A stretch of 58,162 bases of DNA, the filler included, from Jimgerdemannia flammicorona (lineage: Eukaryota): assembly GCA_003990765.1 (NCBI GenBank). It is 3 parts of 3 records of this genome, joined end to end, with 100 filler letters (N's around TTAATTAATTAA, not from the genome) between each part and the next. Parts side by side here need not be neighbours in the genome. Positions count along the whole stretch, not along the records: positions 19,423 to 38,743 come from RBNJ01001970.1; positions 38,844 to 58,162 come from RBNJ01001971.1; 1 more part is not named here. The stretch is one strand, 5' to 3'. Of this stretch, positions 37,040 to 49,167 are shown one piece after another; the stretch's first letter is position 1; every line of letters begins with the position of its first letter. Under the pieces are notes generated by a model, which worked only from the letters and a program-made list of their open reading frames with translations, was not told where the DNA came from and did no database searches. The position numbers were made by a program, and so were the translations under genes.

Positions 37040-38725
37040 TTAACTTTTATTTTTTTTCTTTATTTTCTCTTTAACTAATAAGTAAATAGATATTCCAGTA
37101 ATAATAGTGAAAACTATTCCTAATCTGATTCAAGAAGTTCAATTAAATTATTTTTCACTAGCTATTTGGGCTTCTAAGTGAGCTAATTTTGCTTTTTTGT
37201 TTGCTAATTCTTATTCTTGTTCTTTGGTTAGATTCATAATTTTTTCTAATTGTTGGATTTCTTTTTTTAGTACTATTTTTGCTGCTTTTTTTTTAGTCTC
37301 TTTTATTTTCTCAGAATGGTTTCTTCTTCATTCTTCTCAGGCTTCTTCTTTATGTTTTAAATAATCTTTATCTCCTTTTTATTCAGCATAATAAGTTTCA
37401 GAATCTCTTATTTTTTCTGCTATTCTTTCATTTTCTATCATACCATCAAATTGGTTGTTTTTAATTGGTCTATATTGTCTTCATTATTTTTGTAGTTTAA
37501 ATTTGAGAACTAGATTAATAGTAAATTCTGATTTACTATAAACTTTATCATGATCAGGAATGTTTTCTTCTCATTTTTCTTTTTTTCACATTTGTTCAGC
37601 CTTTTCTCCTAGTTAGCATCCTATGGTAAAATCATAGTATTCTAATTTATCTTCAAATTTTACCATTAACTCTTGCAAAATTTCACCTATTTCAGATCAA
37701 ATTTCAGAATCTATTGATTTGATGTCATTAGGAAGATGCTTTTTAGTAGAGATAGTGGTATATCCCAAGTATTTATCATTGTATAAGTGAGTAATTATTT
37801 TGTTCCTCTCTATAATGATATTGTCAGCATTGGGTTGAAAGGCTTCTTTGGATATTTCTATTTATTCAGAGATAACTAGATAGTAACTACTACTTGATCT
37901 GATGGTGCCTTAGTTCTCTTTATATTTTAGAACTATTCATATGTAGAAATGGGGTGAATTCTCACCACCTAGTTTTCCAACTGAGATACTAATTTGATAA
38001 TCTGCTGGTTTATACACTTTATCTATTTTTTCAATTTGGTCTTTAAGTACTGGCAAAATATCATCTCATTCTTTTCTATTTACTTCTCACAAGTTTTTAG
38101 CATGACATTTGGTGCATAATAATATATGAGCTTTAGTATTTGATCTTAAAATTGAACCAAAAAAAACACTCCCTCTAAAATCAGAAACTCAATACTTATA
38201 TATGCTCTTTTTATGCACTTCTATGTTATCATACATATAGCAAACTTTCTCATCTCTACCTTTACTCTTCTAGCACTTATAATTTGGAGAGTTATCTAAA
38301 TTTCAGGTGAAGTGCTGATCTTGTTGATTCTTTTCAATTTGCTTTTGACAATTATGGCACTGAAAATATTTATATCCTTGACTATCTTCATAAGCAGTAA
38401 TATCTCAATCTAATATGATTTGACATTAAGGATAATTTATAGTAACTTTATCTCATCTACCACTACCATATTGCCTTATATTTCTATACTGAAAAGGTCA
38501 ATCAAAACTCTCCCTTTTTTTACATTTTTCTAGGGCTTTGCAAAAGAGCTTTATTTTATTTCTTTCTCAATCTTTATTAGTATTTTCATCTAACTCTTTT
38601 TGCAGAAGAGTTTCAACACATCCTCAACAACAAAACTCAATTCTTTCTTTTTCTTCTTGATCTCATCAATTGATAGTTAATCCTTCTTTTCTATTATTAC
38701 AATTAAAACATTCTTTTTTAGTCAT
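37040..38725 (-). pseudogene. 562-codon intronless gene in genetic code 4: CxxC-rich N-terminus, two HIT-like domains, coiled coil, C-terminal TM anchor (MRE-like)
   Basis: One unbroken frame; manual count 20 TGA, 0 TGG, 8 internal TAA, 1 TAG. HIT-like AHILLCTKCHAKNLWEVNRKEWDD…YQISISVGKLGGENSPHFYI; tail FNWTSWIRLGIVFTIITGISIYLLVKEKIKKKNKS*. Confidence 0.75.
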
Positions 38726-38743
38726 AATATTTTTTTTACAAAA

Positions 38744-38843
38744 NNNNNNNNNNNNNNNNNNNNNNNNNNNNNNNNNNNNNNNNNNNNTTAATTAATTAAN
38801 NNNNNNNNNNNNNNNNNNNNNNNNNNNNNNNNNNNNNNNNNNN
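38744..38843. other. Assembly gap / contig linker
   Basis: 44 N + TTAATTAATTAA + 44 N. Confidence 0.95.
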
Positions 38844-39039
38844 AGTTTACTTTTTTTTTATTAACAGTATCTTTATAAATATAATATTTAAGTTTATTCT
38901 CTTTCTTTACTATACTTAGGGTCTCTCAGATGAGACTTATCTGTTTTACTTATTTGTAATAAAGAAATAAATACTACAATCTATCTCACTGATATCTCAG
39001 AATTATAGCTATTAATCTTATTATATTATATTATAAGAG

Positions 39040-41488
39040 GAGGTCTATTAGAGTGAGATAAAAAGCCATAGATTCTATGTTATACTAAACTCAAGACCTC
39101 TCAAACTTGGAGGCCTCCATTGTTTTGATTCTTTTTATACTATGCTCTTCTATTAATAAATTTTTACACTATACTCTTTTATTAATAAATTAAAAAGATA
39201 GATAAAATAATCTGAAATATTAAGCAAACCTATAGAATTCACCATTCTTAGTCTTTATACTATTAAATAGTTTTTGAATATAGAATAGCTTATCTTCAGA
39301 AGTAACTTTTCAATATCAGTCAGCTACTTATTCTTACTACTAAGTAATTTGCTAAGAAGTGGACTTATATTGATAATATCTAAACTCAATTTAGTGGATA
39401 CATACTAGAAAATAGAAATAAGTAGAAGATGTTTATTTATTGACTATTAAAACCAAAAGAATCAAGTAGACAAAAAGAAGGAGTTTCTACTGATAAGCTT
39501 TATACAATATAAAAATCCCTTCTGATTGACTATTAAGCTCAAATCAAAGTTACTTAGATTTTTCAGAGTCAATAAGTACTAGTTGAGAGATATAATAACC
39601 CAGATCACTATCATCCTCTTGATGAAAGTGATATAAGAAAGTACTCTAAGTTCATTAAAGATATAGTAACTAAAGAAGTATACAAGAGCTATAAGTCTTT
39701 AGCAATTATTAATACTATATAGAAAGAGATTATAAAAATATATAAAAATATAGGTATTTAGTATTTATCATAACTAGAGGTTGCTAATATATATTAAATA
39801 GAATATATATTATTGGTAATATTGATTTAGAGATAGATATTTTGAATTTGATAAAATTTCTTACTAACAAAAACTATCAGATTGAGTAATTCTATATTCA
39901 GATATCTAACTCTCAAGATATATTGAAAAATTATATTTTATTCTATATATATTAATATATCTATAAATAGAAAAATTTTAAACTTATTTCTTTCTTATAT
40001 TTCTTTAATAAGATATCTGTTTTGCAAATTTGAAATAATTAAAAAAACTTGAACAATATAGATGACTTACTTTAATTAATTTAATATATAATACCAACAA
40101 ATATTTATATTACATATTTCTTTACTCTGTATATCTATAATGGTTGTGGCTATTGGGATATTGGTAGATATTTTTTTATTAGTCATAATATGAAAATACT
40201 AGGGTAGTAGTACTGAAGATTATTTGATACTTTATACTACAATGAAGTTCTTATTATATGTTATCAGATTAAAGTAATATAGAGATGAATAGTATTATGA
40301 TAACCTTTCCTGATATTTAAAAAGAAGAATAAGAATGTGATGTAATTTTCTGCTCTATTTATATAGTATAGACTTAGATTAAAAATATTTATCATAGACC
40401 AACTCTTAATAAAATAACTCATACATATAATGCATAAATAAACTTAAATAGGTTGTGAAGCATTAATTTAAGAAACTATTAATACTTATCCTATTGAGGT
40501 AAATACTTAGTATATTTACCAAAACTATATCAATAACTCTATAAGATAGGCATTTTGGACTCAATAATATTCTTTATTTCTTCTTTAAGCCATATCAATA
40601 AATTCTTTGAAATTATATCACAGTGAGCTTAAAAGTAAAACCTCTGTTCAGTATGAGCTTATTAGTAAATATTTCTTTATTTATAGAATATAATATAAGC
40701 TTTAAAGCAGTTTATTAATATAGAGATATATCTATATATTTATAGATACATATTATAATATTATAGAGCTTGATATGAAGAAAAATTTGAATACTAAGAA
40801 GGCTACAGTTGACTTCTAGATAAAGAAGATTTTAATTACAAATATCACTTTTAAAATTCTCACTGAGACCCATAAGTTTTTATTTCTGATCTAACATCTA
40901 ATTACTAAAGAGATACATATTGTTTCAAAAAGACTTCAAGATAGAAAAGATATTTCTGACCTCATCTCAGCTGAATATAGCTGCTACTTCTTTAATTGCT
41001 ATTTATTACTATATCATTATATTTTCCATGAACAACTTTGTAGTAATATCATCTTAATATCTAAATTTTCAGAAAACATTTGAGAAGAGTAGATTAAAAG
41101 TCTATCAGTCTCATAGCTTAGTAGATATATCAGAATCTTAGCAAATAAAGAAAGAGTGAAATATAGAGTAGTATTAATCACAGATAAATAAATTGTTCAA
41201 GTAAGTAAAAGATTAATATTATAGATTGAAAGAGATAGAAGAGAGAGAAAGAGCAGTAAGATTTATTCAAAATTTATAAAAAGAGATAGAGCTAACTCTT
41301 AATATTTATATATAATTAAATAGTAATTAAGAAATAAATTTTTATTAATATAAAGAACTTCTTCTTTAATAATATAATCATATTAGTATAGTCTCTAAGT
41401 TTGAAAGGCCTTGAGTTTAGTATAATATAGGTCTCAAGTTTGGTATGATATGAGTTCTGTGGCTTTTTGCTCTACTCTAATAGATCTC
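39040..41488 (+). mobile_element. Heavily mutated Mutator-like (MULE) DNA transposon
   Basis: Imperfect ~80-100-bp TIRs (GAGGTCTATTAGAGT…/…ACTCTAATAGATCTC); 8-bp TSD TATAAGAG. Remnants ERYNNPDHYHPLDESD (N-terminal), LYHSELK and a decayed SWIM finger EYSCYFFNCYLLLYHYIFHE. Confidence 0.7.
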
Positions 41489-41510
41489 TATAAGAGAGAG
41501 TAGAAACTTA

Positions 41511-44277
41511 TCTCTTTCTCTACTACCATACTAGTTATAAGATTAGTAGATAACTTTCTAAGTCTTCTTTTCTCTACTTTTATCTTCTATATCTCAGATT
41601 GGTTTGCTATATCTATAAGGATATAGTAAGAGGGAGGTAATAGTGATAAGTTGCTTCTTAATTGATATTAGATTAGTACTTTTTTTACTTTTTTATAGTT
41701 TCTGATATCTCTGACTATATCTGAGATATACTCATTTTGGTGCTACTTTTTCTTCCTTTTACTGATATTAATAAGTTATTATTTTGATACATCATAGACT
41801 ATATAGAATATCAGCTGACCTTGAGTATTAAGTACTAGTATAGATTACTTATAGGTCTTTAGTATCTATAATGGGGCCCTTTGGGCTTTGGTGAGCTTTT
41901 TGGTGAGTATAGTACTGATATAAGTGAGTGTTTTTTTAATAGAGTTGGAATGAGAGGAGAGATGACTACAGTGTGTTCCAAAACTGAATCAATGTTTTAT
42001 TAAATTTTACATTTTAATTATTTTAAATATATATGCTATATATAAATATATATATAATTATACTATATTGTAGCCCTATATCAGGGGTATCCAGGATACT
42101 AAATTTAGTTTAATTAAGATTAATATAACCATAAAAGGAAATTCCCCAAAAAAAAATTATTGGTTCAGTTTTGTAATGTCATCATTGAAAGACATATATT
42201 TGGTAGTAGACTGACCTATAGTTGGCGTAAATATCTGAAATTTTGCATGGTTGTTCTTTGATCATTTCTCTATCTCCCCGTAAAATTTATTCCCTTTAAA
42301 ATAAGTATAAAGAAACTCTCCTTGGATACACGCAATACCATCATCAATATGCTGAGTTTTAGCATAACGATAAGAAAAATCGCAAAAGAGACTGGCATTA
42401 GCCAAACCTCTATCATCTAAATTAGAACCAATTATTGTGACAACAATGTCATCTCAAAAGGAGGTCATCTGAGCAAACTCTCTGCTCATGATAAGTCATG
42501 GCTCATTCGTCAAGTAACTGGCAGCAAGGCAGATATACTGCCAAAGGCCTCAAAACTATTCGAAATTGATGGCGGGCCAGCTATAAGTACTCAAACAGTA
42601 TGTCAGGCCCTGAAAGAGACTGGTTTGAAGGCCGCAGTTAAGCAAAAAAAGCCAAGATTACTATGCTGGCATGTCAAAGCTCACTACAATTTCACATGCA
42701 AGTATAGAGACTGGATGATTAATGACTAGAAACTCGTCATTTTCTCAGACGAGACCAAAATCAATCATTTTGGGTCTGATGGATGAGAATGGGTGTGGAA
42801 AACACTAGGGACTCTACTCGAAGAGAAATACATAACACCGACAGTAAAATTTGAGGGTAGATCAATTATAGTTTGGGGATGTATGAATTGCCATGGCATG
42901 GGATATACATGCAAAATCGACAGAAGAATGGAGCTAAGCTGTACAAATTGATCCTTGATGATGAACTGAAAAAATCGATCAAATACTTCAAGATTGGTCA
43001 GGAGATAATATTTCAACAAGATAATAACTCCAAGCATATGTCATGTACTACCAAGAAATGGTTCAAGAAACATACGCTTCATCTTTTAAACTGGCCCACA
43101 CAATTGCCCAACCTCAATCCTATCGAGCATTTATGGGCACATATCAAGAGACAACTCAATATGTACAAAGAATATCCAAAGGGTATACATGAGCTCTGAG
43201 ATAGAGTGGAGGATGAATGGAATGCCATTCCAGATAATGTTTATAAGAAATTAGTTGAGAGTATGCCAAGACACAACCAAGCAGTATATAAAGTAAAGAG
43301 AGGCTACATTAAATACTAAAATATACTAAAATGTATAATGGTTACAAAACTAAACCAATAAATTTTTTTTTTGGGGAATTTCCCTTTATAGTTATACATA
43401 TTAATCTTAATTAAACTAAATTTAGTATCCTGGATACTCCTGATATAGAGCTACAATATAGTATAATTATATATATATTTATATATAGTATATATATTTA
43501 AAATAATTAAAATATAAAATTTAATGAAACATTGGTTCAGTTTTGGAATACACTATATTATAGATAAAAGAAAGGTCAACTATAATGAATCAGTGGGGTA
43601 TCAGACTGGAGGCAGTTGTCAGTATAGTATTAGTGGGGCCTTCTGATTGATGCAGAGTAGTTAGATAGTAGATATTACTCTCAACTACTTTTAGTAATAT
43701 ATATATGAGATTAGGCTCTAGTTATTAGAGGTAATTAGAGGATCTGAGGCTATCTGAATCAGACATCTTAACTATATTTAACTAGAATTGAGAGCTAATA
43801 TAGCAATATGATCAAAGCTCATAAGTTTGAGTAGTAGAGTATTAGAGATCTCCTCTCATCTCATATATATGTAAGTTCTCTACTTATCTCATCAGAGAGA
43901 ACTAGATTCTATTTACTATTTTGTATTTTGAGAAGAGTTTTTCTTTATCTGTTACTTCTTTTGGAGTAGTAAGAGCTATGAAAATTGACTTAGGTATGGC
44001 TTTATATATATATTAGATTTCAGATATATATATTTAGTTATAGATATATAGTTATTTACTCTCTAGTAGTAAGAAAAGTATAGTATATAGAATGAGATAC
44101 AGGTAACTTTAGTCTACTATATCTGATATGGTCAAGCTGCTAAACAATAGCTAGTCTAGGTTTAATGAGAGTATAGTACTCAATAGATAGTGGGAGAGGG
44201 TTTTGGTCTATATAGTTTAGATTCTCTTTCAATAAAAATCTGCAGGACTTTGAGTCTATAAAATAAAATAAAATAAA
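41511..44277 (+). mobile_element. 1.2-kb retroposon, copy C (hypermutated, split by Tc1)
   Basis: Collinear with copies B and D on both sides of the Tc1; (AAAAT)n tail; TSD AAGAGAGA(G/A)TAGAAACT(T/C)A at 41492-41510 and 44278-44296. Confidence 0.82.
41969..43555 (+). mobile_element. Tc1/mariner DNA transposon with long (~210-bp) IR/DR-type TIRs; DD34E transposase pseudogene at ~42300-43318
   Basis: TA TSD; CAGTGTGTTCCAAAACTG / CAGTTTTGGAATACACTA ends; VIFSDETKIN, IVWGC, FQQDN..KH and WPTQLPNLNPIEHLW motifs. Confidence 0.93.
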
Positions 44278-44628
44278 AAGAGAGAATAGAAACTCAAAAG
44301 TTAAAAGTTATTCAAATTGCTAAGTTCTAAATATTATAGAAAGAAAGCATATTATAAAAGAAGAGGCCAAGAGGACATATTACATCAAATAATAAATATA
44401 ATTATAATATCTGATAAAGTTATATTATTAATTTAGTTAGATATATTTCTGATAAAGTTGATTATTCTAATTTATTACTTGCTGATGGAAAAAAGCACTG
44501 CTGATGGCTGTCAGTGGCAAACCTGGATAAATTGGGATGATTACAGTCACAATTGACATTTATCTGCTGTCAGCAGGTGTAATGGACACGCTCTTATAGC
44601 TATAAACTTTTTGGTCTTTATGAGCAGT

Positions 44629-44680
44629 CACGAACCAGCCACGAACCAGCCAACGAACCAGCCACGTATTGTGACGTCAT
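44629..44680 (+). promoter_or_regulatory. Putative promoter elements of the THOC7 gene
   Basis: Three tandem CACGAACCAGC-like units followed by TGACGTCA (CRE-like palindrome) ~70 nt upstream of the ATG, at the start of a CpG-rich island. Confidence 0.4.
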
Positions 44681-44745
44681 CAAAGACGGTCACGTACCGA
44701 GAGTTTGTTAGTTTCTGGTCTCCAACTTTTGCAATTTTCCCCGCC

Positions 44746-46025
44746 ATGGACGAAGGTACCCTTTTCTTTCTTGCTACTCTTTCCCCGAGGAAATTCTTTT
44801 TCTTTGTAAAACTGCCAAGTAGGCCAAACTTTGGCCCCCATAAAACCCATCTCACATAGAAATCATCAAGAACCGCCTCGCCGTCGATGAGCGCCCGCTC
44901 AAAAACCTCATCAAGCGCTACCTGGCTTGGGCAAAGGCCCTCGAACGTTCAAGCGTGGAGGACGCGTGCGTATTTTTTACTCCTCGCATCACCCGCACTC
45001 CCAACCAACATAGACTTAAAAAGGCTCACATACATTTCCGACAGACAAAACAACTTCGAGTTCGTCCTGATCCAGCTCGCGCAGTACGAGCTCGCCATGA
45101 TGCGGCACCAGCTCATCCACGACATGAACGAACGGGAAGTGAAGCACTACGAGGAGGAGTGCGCGCGCATCGACCAGGAAGTTGCCGAGGCGCGTCACGA
45201 TATTGTGAAACTGCAGATCGAGCTCGAGAAAGCACAGCAGGCCAGGAGCAATAAAATCGAGTACGACGTGCTCGCCAATGATATTAATAAGCACCAGTCG
45301 AGGGAGAAATCGCACATGTATATGTCAATTGGCTGGTTTGGGGCTGGGGGCGTGGAGGGCGTGGTACCCATTACAATTGGTTTCGAAGCAACGCAGCATT
45401 TGTATGTGCAATTGCCAATCTCCTAATCACATACATACACACGCTCCCCTCTCCCCCTTCCCAGGATCATCAACCAGCTGAATACGCACATCCGCACACT
45501 CGAGCGCGAAAAGGCTACATACGCCACCACGTTTGAGCTGCGCAAGAAGCAATTCCACGCGCTGATCGCCGGAGTACACGAGCTGCAGGATTCGATCAAA
45601 GAGGAGAGGGAAAAAGGGGTATATATCTTTGGTATTGGGAGAAGAATGGAAGGGGGTGTTGTTTAAGAGACAATGCGGAGGGAAGGAGCTGAAATCGGCG
45701 GTCATTGGCACATCTTCCGTTTACTGAAAAATTCTCCACGCTCACTAAAAAGGACGAGATTACCGCCATTATGCTTAATATGGAGGACGCCCTGGACGTC
45801 GACGGCGGTGGCGGTGGCGGCGGCGCGACCCCTCTTCCGATCCAGGCGCCGAGCCCGGCCCTGTTGCGCGTTGGGAGCATGGGGGTCGGGGAGGGCGCGG
45901 CGAGCGCTCAGGAGGACGGCGAGGACGAGGAGGGTATGGTGGTCGAGTCGGATGGGAGGCGGGGGAGCACGGATGAAGGTGGTGAGTTTACGGTTGGGAG
46001 AGGTGAAGGAGGTGGATTAGGGTGA
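44746..46025 (+). CDS. THOC7: THO complex subunit 7 (Thoc7/Mft1 family); exons 44746-44755, 44860-44965, 45045-45317, 45465-45618, 45753-46025
   Basis: Spliced MDEEIIKNRLAVDERPLKNLIKRY…NEREVKHYEEE…LEKAQQARSNKIEYDVLANDINKHQSR…FELRKKQFHALIAGVHELQ; all introns GT-AG; no internal stops; acidic Gly-rich tail. Confidence 0.88.
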
Positions 46026-47261
46026 AGATGCTGGCGAAGTGTCTGTAGTTATAAGTTTGGGGTTGGAGGGGGTGTACGTATGCGGTAGGGGTCGACGCTG
46101 CGTGCTTCTCGATTACTGATCAATTGAGACGATCAACGTTCTCTTTTTCCTACTTTGCATTACAGGCGACATGATGGATACTTTGTAGGTCGTAGCACGT
46201 GGTGCTATTCTTTCTTTTGCACACTTTTTCTGTTCAGCATCGTTTTATTAGATTTACTGCAAAACACCATTCCAAAAGATTATTGTGGCGGTGCCATTCT
46301 AGGGATGTATAAACTGTTACATTTGCAAAGACATCAACATAAAGTTCTTCTCATCCTGCCATCTTCCTTTAGTCATTAAACACTTGTTTATGTAAATAGC
46401 CGATTAAGTTAGGTAAAATCAAACCACTTTTCGGGCTCTCCGTCGAGGAGCGTGTGCCAAAACGCGAAGGGAAGATTATGATAATGCTCCTTTGGGCCGA
46501 AGGTACGAAGGTCTATTAGATGAAAGGAGAAATAGACATGGCGCTCGAGAAACTCTTAGTACCTTAGTCCTCTCCTAGTAGACAGTGTTGGTCATTGCTA
46601 GCCGTTGTCGTTGGGGTCCAACTGATGCCTCCCATAAGGGCAGCAAAGTCTGGCAAACATTCCCCTGGCGGGCAGCTCCTCTCTCCTTGCTTTTTGCCCT
46701 CAAGGGCTGATTTCTTGTGTACATTTATGCAATTTCTTTTGTACTTTGACACAAGGCTGCAGTTATATGATAAAATCTAGACCAAGCATGATATAATCTA
46801 TAATAAGTATTTAAAATAAATGACTGCAGTTATATATGTATATAAGAATCTGTATTATTAAAAAGTAGCATAAATGCAAGTAATATAAACTCTTCTGTAT
46901 TATGTTCTATATTTATAAAAAAGATCAGCCACTTTATAAATAATTACTTATAAAATAGTTGTATAAAAACTATTATATAATGCTGTTATCAGAGTTTAAT
47001 ATATAAGAGATGATTAACAAACACTGCGACACGCTCGAGCTCATCACTCTTAACAAGCTGGAGCTTAACACATGGTACTCGAAGATACCAGCAGAGATGG
47101 ACTTTTTCCATCAGTTGCTACACACCATTGTCATCGATTTTGTGTATTCCACAAATGTAATTAATGACGTAACCCTATTGGCCAATGGCATGATGGCTTA
47201 ATTTGGAAACGAATGTGCTGGGTATTTTGATTTGGACGCTTCTTCGATGTTCTAGCATCTA

Positions 47262-48444
47262 CATGCTCCTTTCTCCGCTACCTTACCAGTCACAAGGTTT
47301 GGTAGGCAACCTTCTGAGTTCCCTTTCCCCTAATATTACCCCCTCTACCTCGGGTTGGTTTGCTGTGCCTGCAGGGGCATGGTGGGAGGAGGGCAATGGT
47401 GATGAGTTGCCCCTTTATTAGTGTCAGATCGATGCTTCCTCCACTTTTTCGTGGATTCTGGTGCCTTCAGCTGTATCTGGGGTATACCTGTTTTGGTGCG
47501 GCACCTTCTTCCTTTTGCCGTCACCAACAAGGTATTGTCTCAGTGTGTCTCAGGCTATGTAGAGAGTTGGCTGACCTTGGGCGTCAAGTGCTCAGTGTAG
47601 GTTACCTGCAGGTCCTCGGTGCCTGTGGTGGGGCTCTCTGGCTTTGGCGAGCTTCCCGGCGAGCATGGTTCTGGCATAGGTGACTGCTTTTCAGGTATTG
47701 TCGGGATGGGAGGGGAGATGGCTGTCACAGATAGGCAGAAGGGTGATTACGGTGAACCAGTAGGGTGCCAGGCTGGGGGCGGTTATCGAGGCTGGGGCAG
47801 GTGCTGCTTTGGTGGGGCCTTTTGATTGGTGCGGCGTAGTTAGGTGGTAGGTGTTACTATCAGCTTCTTTTGGTGGTCAGCGGGGTTGGGCCCCAGTCAT
47901 CAGGGGGGGTCAGGAGGCCCAAGGCTACCCATTTCAGGCGTCTTGGCTGCACTCAACTGGAACCGGGAGCTGATATGGCAACATGATCGAGGCCCACAGG
48001 CTTGAGTAGTGGGGTATTGGGGGTTTCCTCCCACCTCACGTGTAAGTCCTTTACTCACCTCAACTGGGAGAACCAGGCCCTACCCACTGTGTTGTGCTTT
48101 GATGAGGGTTTTTTCTTTACCTATCATTCTCTTTGGAGTGGTAGGGGCTATTCTATTTGGCTCGGGCATGACCTTATACATATATTGGATTCTCAGGTGT
48201 GTGCTTTCGGTCATTGGTATATGGTTGGGTTTCCCCTGGTGGTAGGGAGAGCATGGTGCACAGAATGAGGTGCGGACTTATCAGCCCTGCTGTGCCTGGC
48301 ATGGTCGAGCTGCTGGATAATAGCTAGCCTAGGTTAATAGGGGGGTAGTGCTTGGTGGGTGGTGGGGGAGGGTTTTGGCCTACATATATAGTCTAGGTTC
48401 CCTTCCAATAAAATCTGCAGGACATGAGTCCGTTAAAAAAAAAA
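47262..48444 (+). mobile_element. 1.2-kb poly(A) retroposon, copy D
   Basis: 16-bp TSD GATGTTCTAGCATCTA (47246-47261, 48445-48460); AATAAA upstream of an A10 tail. Confidence 0.93.
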
Positions 48445-49058
48445 GATGTTCTAGCATCTATGCGATTTATAGAAAAGTTTTCATAGAGGATTGGAATTGG
48501 GCCCATACTATATATGTATAAGAGGTATTTGGATAGTGATGAAATACTTAAGCAAATACTGATATATATATATATATATATCTCTTAGTTTGTTGGCATC
48601 TGTAGGTAAATTTATATGTCACATGATTCAAGTGATAGAATCAATCCCATTGGATAGAATTTGATGATATAATTATTATGAAATGATAGAATGAAATGAC
48701 CCACTGCCAGTGCCACTTGCCACCTACTGCATTCCACATACTACCCAGTGTATTTCCTACTAAGTACATTTTCTGCTACATATCTGCTATCTTCTACATA
48801 CTGTTTAAATATAAAAATATATAGTACCTCTTTCTCTGCTATCATACTGATTATAAGGTTTTGATAGATAATCTTCTGAGTTTCTTTTCTATAACTTATT
48901 CTCTCTCTATCTTGAGTTGGTTTATTATATTTATTGTAGAGTAATACTCTAAATAGATATAATTTATTCAGATAAGATTTGATAGATTTGTCATATAATA
49001 GATTCAAATCAACTCAAATTGATCCTGTGATCTAATCCAGATTGATCCAGATTGATCT

Positions 49059-49167
49059 GGATTACTTGTAACATTACTCTTTCTTTATTCTTTAAAATCT
49101 TTAGTGATATCACCCTTTCTTTATTCTCTAAAATCTTTGATAACATTACTCTTCCTCTATTCTCTAA
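49059..49167. repeat. ~36-bp tandem repeat (~3 units) in decayed AT-rich DNA
   Basis: TAACATTACTCTTTCTTTATTCTTTAAAATCTTT-like units, preceded by GATCCAGATT repeats. Confidence 0.5.

Noticed and set aside
37040..38725. Mitochondrial (NUMT) origin of the TGA=Trp gene
   Set aside because: Some fungal mitochondria use code 4, but tandem HIT-like domains with a C-terminal anchor and a linked transposase are not mitochondrial gene content. Not formally excluded without a search.
44887..45426. 179-aa single-exon ORF as the gene model
   Set aside because: It includes intronic sequence at both ends; the spliced 5-exon model gives the coherent Thoc7 protein.
46400..47245. CpG-containing short ORFs downstream of THOC7 (possible gene remnant hit by retroposon D)
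   Set aside because: No coherent spliced model or recognisable domain by eye.
47390..47412. Hammerhead ribozyme in the retroposon (GGGCAA-TGGTGATGAG-TTGCCC)
   Set aside because: It is a simple hairpin; the core is GTGATGAG rather than CTGATGA, with no matching stem II/GAAA.
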